Positions 59,824 through 64,000 of a stretch of DNA of 64,000 bases are shown piece by piece; within the stretch, counting starts at the first letter, position 1; each line of letters starts with the position of its first letter. This DNA is from Candidatus Omnitrophota bacterium (GTDB taxonomy: Bacteria; Omnitrophota; Gorgyraeia; Duberdicusellales; 4484-171). A program made the position numbers and the translations under genes. The notes under the pieces were generated by a model. That model saw only the letters and a list, made by a program, of their open reading frames with translations, ran no database searches and was not told the DNA's origin. Location: NCBI GenBank assembly GCA_043823745.1, contig JBDRAN010000013.1, forward strand, positions 818-64,817, written 5' to 3'.

Positions 59824-60531
59824 ATGAGTCTACTGGCCAAAAAAGCGGATTTAAAGGCTTTGGTTGAAACACTTAACTTTAAGGAAAAGGTGGAACGTTC
59901 GAAACAGCTTATTAAAGAAGCATATGAACGTTACGGCGATTCTTTGGTTGTGGCAAATAGCTTGGGAAAAGATTCAGTCGCGGTCTGGGACTTGGCTAAA
60001 AACGTCAATCCTAACATACGCGGTTTTATCGTCACCACACGTTTTAAGCCGCCGGAAACGGTTGACTTTATGAACGCAGAGGTAAAGCGCCATCCCGAAT
60101 TGAAGGTTTATAAAAATGATAGCGAGATCGCCGAGAAACTTTATGAAACCAAGCCGGATCTATGCTGCGACATTCTTAAAGTTGAACCGGTCAAGCGCGC
60201 CATTGAAGAAATGCATGTGAGTTGCTGGGTCACGGGGTTGCGCTGCACCGAAGGTCGCACCCGCACTGATTTTCAGGAAATAGAGGAACGTGATACGGGG
60301 TTGATCAAGCTTAACCCTATCCTTATCTGGAAAGAGCGCGAGGTCTGGCAATATTTGGCACTGTATCAGGTGCCGGTAAATCCTTTATATGCGCAAGGGT
60401 ATCGTTCGCTCGGCTGCGCGCCCTGCACCAAAATTACCAATGATGAAAACGAACGCGCCGGCCGTTGGATCGGTACCAGTAAATGCGGCGGAGAATGTGG
60501 GATTCATACCCGTCCGTTGAAAGGGAAATAA
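59824..60531 (+). CDS. cysH: APS/PAPS reductase (4Fe-4S type)
   Basis: SLGKDS, CCDILKVEP, YRSLGCAPCT, ERAGRW, ECGIH. Confidence 0.92.
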   Translation: MSLLAKKADLKALVETLNFKEKVERSKQLIKEAYERYGDSLVVANSLGKDSVAVWDLAKNVNPNIRGFIVTTRFKPPETVDFMNAEVKRHPELKVYKNDSEIAEKLYETKPDLCCDILKVEPVKRAIEEMHVSCWVTGLRCTEGRTRTDFQEIEERDTGLIKLNPILIWKEREVWQYLALYQVPVNPLYAQGYRSLGCAPCTKITNDENERAGRWIGTSKCGGECGIHTRPLKGK

Positions 60532-61497
60532 ATGGTCATCGCGATCGTAATTATTATCGCTCTATTCCTGGCTTTGAACATGGGAATAAGCGGTTTTTCC
60601 GTAGCCTTTGCGCCTTCTTTTGGCAGCAATGTGCTTAGTAAAAATAAAGCGGCCGTGCTCTACGGCCTCTGTGTTATTGCCGGCAGTTGTTTGGTCGGGC
60701 CGCGCGTGGCAGAAACACTGGTGAGAAAAATATCATATTCTCAACTGAGCCTTTTTTCAGGTGGGATAATACTGGCGTCCTGTGCTGCCACCATGTTTCT
60801 CAGTAATTTGTTGAAAGTGCCGCAATCAACCAGTTTTGTGACGGTAGCGAGTTTTGTTGGCGCAGGCTTATTTCATGGAAACGTCAACTGGCATACCGTA
60901 GGGAAGATCGTGATATTTGCTATCATCTTCTCGTTGGTATCGTTTGCGCTTACTATTGTTATCAAACGTAAAATCTACCCGCCCCATCCAGGTAACCTGA
61001 GGTTTTATGAGAATTTCTTTATCCACCGGGAAAAGTTTAAGAAATTCATCATTTTCCACGACATGTACGCCGGTTTCAGCGTCGGGACAAATAATGTTGC
61101 CAACGTAGCGGCGCCTCTTTTAGGATTTTTAGGAATGGGTAACCTTTTTTGGTTTTTGGTAATGAGTCCCCTGTTCGGTGTGGGGGCATACCTGGGTGGC
61201 GCGCGCATGATTAACTCTGTCTCGAAAGAAATCATACCGGTTGGTGAATTCTCGGCAAGCATTGTATCGTTTATTACCGCTACGTTTGTGCTTATTGCGT
61301 CGCTGCTTGGATTACCGACACCCTACGTGCAATTTACGACGTTTTCTCTTTTGGGGATAAGTTGTGTAAAAGACGGCTTTAAACATACATCAGAAAAATC
61401 GATCGTAAAACGAATTTTATGGGTATGGGTTTTAGTCCCTTTTTTTACCGGCTTGTTAAGCTTTAGTTTGCATTTTATTTTCCGTAATTATGTGTAA
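60532..61497 (+). CDS. PiT-family anion permease, probable sulfate permease (CysP-like)
   Basis: NMG, PQSTS, GTNNVAN motifs; lies in a cys cluster. Confidence 0.8.
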   Translation: MVIAIVIIIALFLALNMGISGFSVAFAPSFGSNVLSKNKAAVLYGLCVIAGSCLVGPRVAETLVRKISYSQLSLFSGGIILASCAATMFLSNLLKVPQSTSFVTVASFVGAGLFHGNVNWHTVGKIVIFAIIFSLVSFALTIVIKRKIYPPHPGNLRFYENFFIHREKFKKFIIFHDMYAGFSVGTNNVANVAAPLLGFLGMGNLFWFLVMSPLFGVGAYLGGARMINSVSKEIIPVGEFSASIVSFITATFVLIASLLGLPTPYVQFTTFSLLGISCVKDGFKHTSEKSIVKRILWVWVLVPFFTGLLSFSLHFIFRNYV

Positions 61498-61517
61498 TAA
61501 TCGTAGGAGGAAAAACC

Positions 61518-62456
61518 GTGAGCGAATATAATACAGATATTACCGGGAACATATTAGAGGCAATCGGGAAAACTCCCTTGGTGAAGCTTAACCGTATTGT
61601 CGTTCCTGGTATGGCACAGGTGCTCGCGAAACTGGAGTTATTAAATCCCGGTGGAAGCGTAAAAGATAGGATTGCCCTTGCTATGGTTGAGGATGCTGAG
61701 CAAAACGGGATTCTTAAGGCCGACTCGGTAGTAATTGAACCGACGAGTGGTAATACCGGAATAGGTTTAGCGATGGTATGTGCGATTAAAGGCTACCGAT
61801 GCATTATTGTAATGCCGGAAACGATGAGTTTAGAGCGAATGTATATATTACAAGCGTATGGCGCAGAAGTCGTGCTTACGCCAGGCAGCCAGGGGATGAA
61901 AGGGGCGATAAAGAAAGCAGAGGAGCTTTATAAAAAAAAACCTCATTCTTTCATACCGCAGCAGTTTAAACATCCGTCAAATCCCAAAGTGCATAGAGAA
62001 ACCACCGCAAAAGAAATCCTTGCACAGACCGGCGGTGAGCTTGACGTTTTTATTGCCGGTGTGGGTACGGGTGGGACAATAACGGGAGTAGGAGAAGTTC
62101 TCAAGAAGCATAACCCCGAAATTAAAATTATCGCTGTTGAGCCGGCGGAAAGCGCTGTTTTGTCGGGAGGGAAGCATAATCCTCACAAAATTCAAGGTAT
62201 CGGCGCGGGGTTTGTCCCAGAGATTTTGAATAGAGATATTATTGATGAAATTATTACGGTAAGTGATCAGGATGCCTATAGCAGTGCAAAGTTATTGACA
62301 AAAAAAGAAGGTATCTTTGGTGGTCCCTCTTCCGGCGCGGCCGTTTTTGCCGCGCTCAAGGTTGCCAAAATATTGGGTGAAGGTAAAAGAGTAGTAACGG
62401 TTTTTCCTGACACCGGAGAAAGATATTTTTCTATGACGCAGTACTTTGAGTTTTAA
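61518..62456 (+). CDS. cysK: cysteine synthase A
   Basis: NPGGSVKDR, PTSGNTG, GVGTGGT, IQGIGAG, DTGERY. Confidence 0.96.
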   Translation: MSEYNTDITGNILEAIGKTPLVKLNRIVVPGMAQVLAKLELLNPGGSVKDRIALAMVEDAEQNGILKADSVVIEPTSGNTGIGLAMVCAIKGYRCIIVMPETMSLERMYILQAYGAEVVLTPGSQGMKGAIKKAEELYKKKPHSFIPQQFKHPSNPKVHRETTAKEILAQTGGELDVFIAGVGTGGTITGVGEVLKKHNPEIKIIAVEPAESAVLSGGKHNPHKIQGIGAGFVPEILNRDIIDEIITVSDQDAYSSAKLLTKKEGIFGGPSSGAAVFAALKVAKILGEGKRVVTVFPDTGERYFSMTQYFEF

Positions 62457-62467
62457 GATATACGTCA

Positions 62468-62980
62468 GTGAAAAAATCTAAAACAAAAATGAACGTATAT
62501 TATCCTATAGCCATCAAGTTAAAAAACCAGCACGTGGTAGTCGTCGGCGGCGGCCCTGTTGCAGAGCGTAAAGTAGAAAGCCTGTGTGTAGCAGGTGCAT
62601 CCATCACGGTGGTTGCGCCTTGCGTCACCGATACGCTTAAGCGTTTAGCGTCAAAGAGAGCGTTAACGTGGATTAGCCGTTCGGTGAGAGCAGACGATCT
62701 AACAGGTTCACGAGTGGTGATCGCAGCTACTAATGATAGGGTAGTGAATAAAAAAGTGCGCCAATGGGCGAAGAAGAAAAATATCCTGGTTAATGTTGTG
62801 GATAACCTAGACTTGTGCGATTTTATTTCACCGGCAATTATCCGCACCAAGAAAGCAATCGTCACGGTTTATACCAACGGGAAAGACCCGATCTTGTCGC
62901 GGGATTTGAAAAATTTCTTACAGGAGCACCGGAATGAATTTCTATTGTATCGGCGTAAGCTTAAACAGCGCATCGCTTAA
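62468..62980 (+). CDS. precorrin-2 dehydrogenase/ferrochelatase (SirC/Met8/CysG N-terminal like)
   Basis: VVGGGPVAERK, AATND, VNVVD, CDF. Confidence 0.9.
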   Translation: MKKSKTKMNVYYPIAIKLKNQHVVVVGGGPVAERKVESLCVAGASITVVAPCVTDTLKRLASKRALTWISRSVRADDLTGSRVVIAATNDRVVNKKVRQWAKKKNILVNVVDNLDLCDFISPAIIRTKKAIVTVYTNGKDPILSRDLKNFLQEHRNEFLLYRRKLKQRIA

Positions 62981-63947
62981 TGAGCGCGAAGAGATCTACC
63001 GGCAGAGAGAACGTATTGAGAAGTTTTGGTTACGGGAAGGCGCGCATAGCGCGATTCTTGCAACCTGTAATCGTTTTGAGATTTACGGGGTTGATAGCGA
63101 CTCCCGTGCGCAGGAGCTCTGTGCGTGTTTTAGCCGGGCATTTCCCCTGTTTATGAAAGGATATTTTTTACATGGCTGCGCGCCGGTATTTAAGCATGCG
63201 CTGACGGTTGCCAGCGGCCTTGACTCACAACTGAAAGGCGAGGCGCAGATACTCAAGCAGGTTTCGGTATGGATGGCTCACGATGATTTTCCCGGCGTGC
63301 TTGGCGACTTATGGCGTCAAGCCTATCAGGCCGCGCGCCTGATCCGTCGTCGCGCAGGGCTCGATACCATCGAACATAACATTGCCACCCTTGTTTTTGC
63401 GGACCAGGCAGCATACCGGCCGCAGAGAGCGGGCTATACGGTGGCGGTGATCGGAACAGGCAAGCTCGCCGAGCTTCTTGCGTTGCATAAGCCGCCAGAG
63501 GTAAGCCTTATCTTTGTAAGCCGTAAACACCAGCGCAGAGCGTATGACTTGGCGCGTTCCTGCAATGGTACCGTTGTTAATTTTAGCGAAAGAAGTGCAT
63601 TATTTGGCGCGATCGATATGCTCGTGGCTGCTTCAGCCAGTCCGCATTTTATTATACGAAAGGAGATGTTTGCGGCAATGGCTTTTCGGCGCACGCCGCT
63701 TTTTCTGTATGATCTCTCGCTTCCGCGGCAGATTGAGCCGGAAGTCGGGTGCGTTAAGAATATTATTTTAAAAAATCTTGATGATCTGAGCCCGCTTTTT
63801 GAGCGTTCGAACGTCGATGTACAGCCAAAGCTTACGTACGCAAAAGTCTTGATTGAGGCTGTAGCTCGTACTCATCAGAGATATTTTTATGCAGAACATT
63901 TTAAAATTAGGGACTCGAGGGAGCCCGCTTGCCTTGCGGCAAGTTGA
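62934..63947 (+). CDS. hemA: glutamyl-tRNA reductase
   Basis: TCNRFE, SGLDS..GEAQIL.QV, IGTG, DLSLPR. Confidence 0.9.
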   Translation: MNFYCIGVSLNSASLNEREEIYRQRERIEKFWLREGAHSAILATCNRFEIYGVDSDSRAQELCACFSRAFPLFMKGYFLHGCAPVFKHALTVASGLDSQLKGEAQILKQVSVWMAHDDFPGVLGDLWRQAYQAARLIRRRAGLDTIEHNIATLVFADQAAYRPQRAGYTVAVIGTGKLAELLALHKPPEVSLIFVSRKHQRRAYDLARSCNGTVVNFSERSALFGAIDMLVAASASPHFIIRKEMFAAMAFRRTPLFLYDLSLPRQIEPEVGCVKNIILKNLDDLSPLFERSNVDVQPKLTYAKVLIEAVARTHQRYFYAEHFKIRDSREPACLAAS

Positions 63948-64000
63948 AGAATTTAAATCTTTGTTTCCTGTTGGCCGTTTTGATACGGTGGTGGTTGATA
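63889..64000 (+). CDS. hemC: hydroxymethylbilane synthase, 5' part (runs off window)
   Basis: MQNILKLGTRGSPLALRQ. Confidence 0.85.
   Translation, partial: MQNILKLGTRGSPLALRQVEEFKSLFPVGRFDTVVVD

Overview
Bacterial chromosomal window. An Omnitrophota/PVC-like origin is suspected from gene content and style but cannot be proven here. Every credible gene lies on the + strand. In order: an AmmeMemoRadiSam-type radical SAM gene with a large spermidine-synthase-like/FMN/4Fe-4S membrane fusion; a complete bio operon (bioB, bioF, BioH-like esterase, bioC, bioD, bioA); a visibly more AT-rich accessory island (~15.0-33.8 kb) with an ERCC4/XPF nuclease plus DinG helicase, a frameshifted GHKL ATPase, pRiA4b ORF-3, SEC-C and KilA-N genes, two relic cas3 5' ends, an intact type I-E cas operon, a 21-repeat array and a relic type I-C repeat; an operon joining an RsbW/RsbV-like partner switch, MlaEFD, four tandem FecR-like proteins, a beta-barrel and a CHASE2-PP2C phosphatase; fur-feoB-DtxR/FeoA; YdbH with a YnbE-YdbL fusion and OmpA/MotB; nifU-nifS; a TPP riboswitch with thiESGHF; and Rrf2-cysH-PiT-cysK-sirC-like-hemA-hemC. 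Best leads: (1) the candidate trans-envelope signalling/MCE transport system; (2) a dispersed intergenic hairpin family with clear base-pair covariation; (3) tiny palindromes inserted into other hairpins, including a CRISPR repeat, plus a two-hairpin insert in the TPP aptamer core; (4) layered replacement of CRISPR-Cas systems at one locus; (5) an XPF-DinG pair bracketed by inverted repeats. All protein calls rest on motif recognition by eye; no searches were run.
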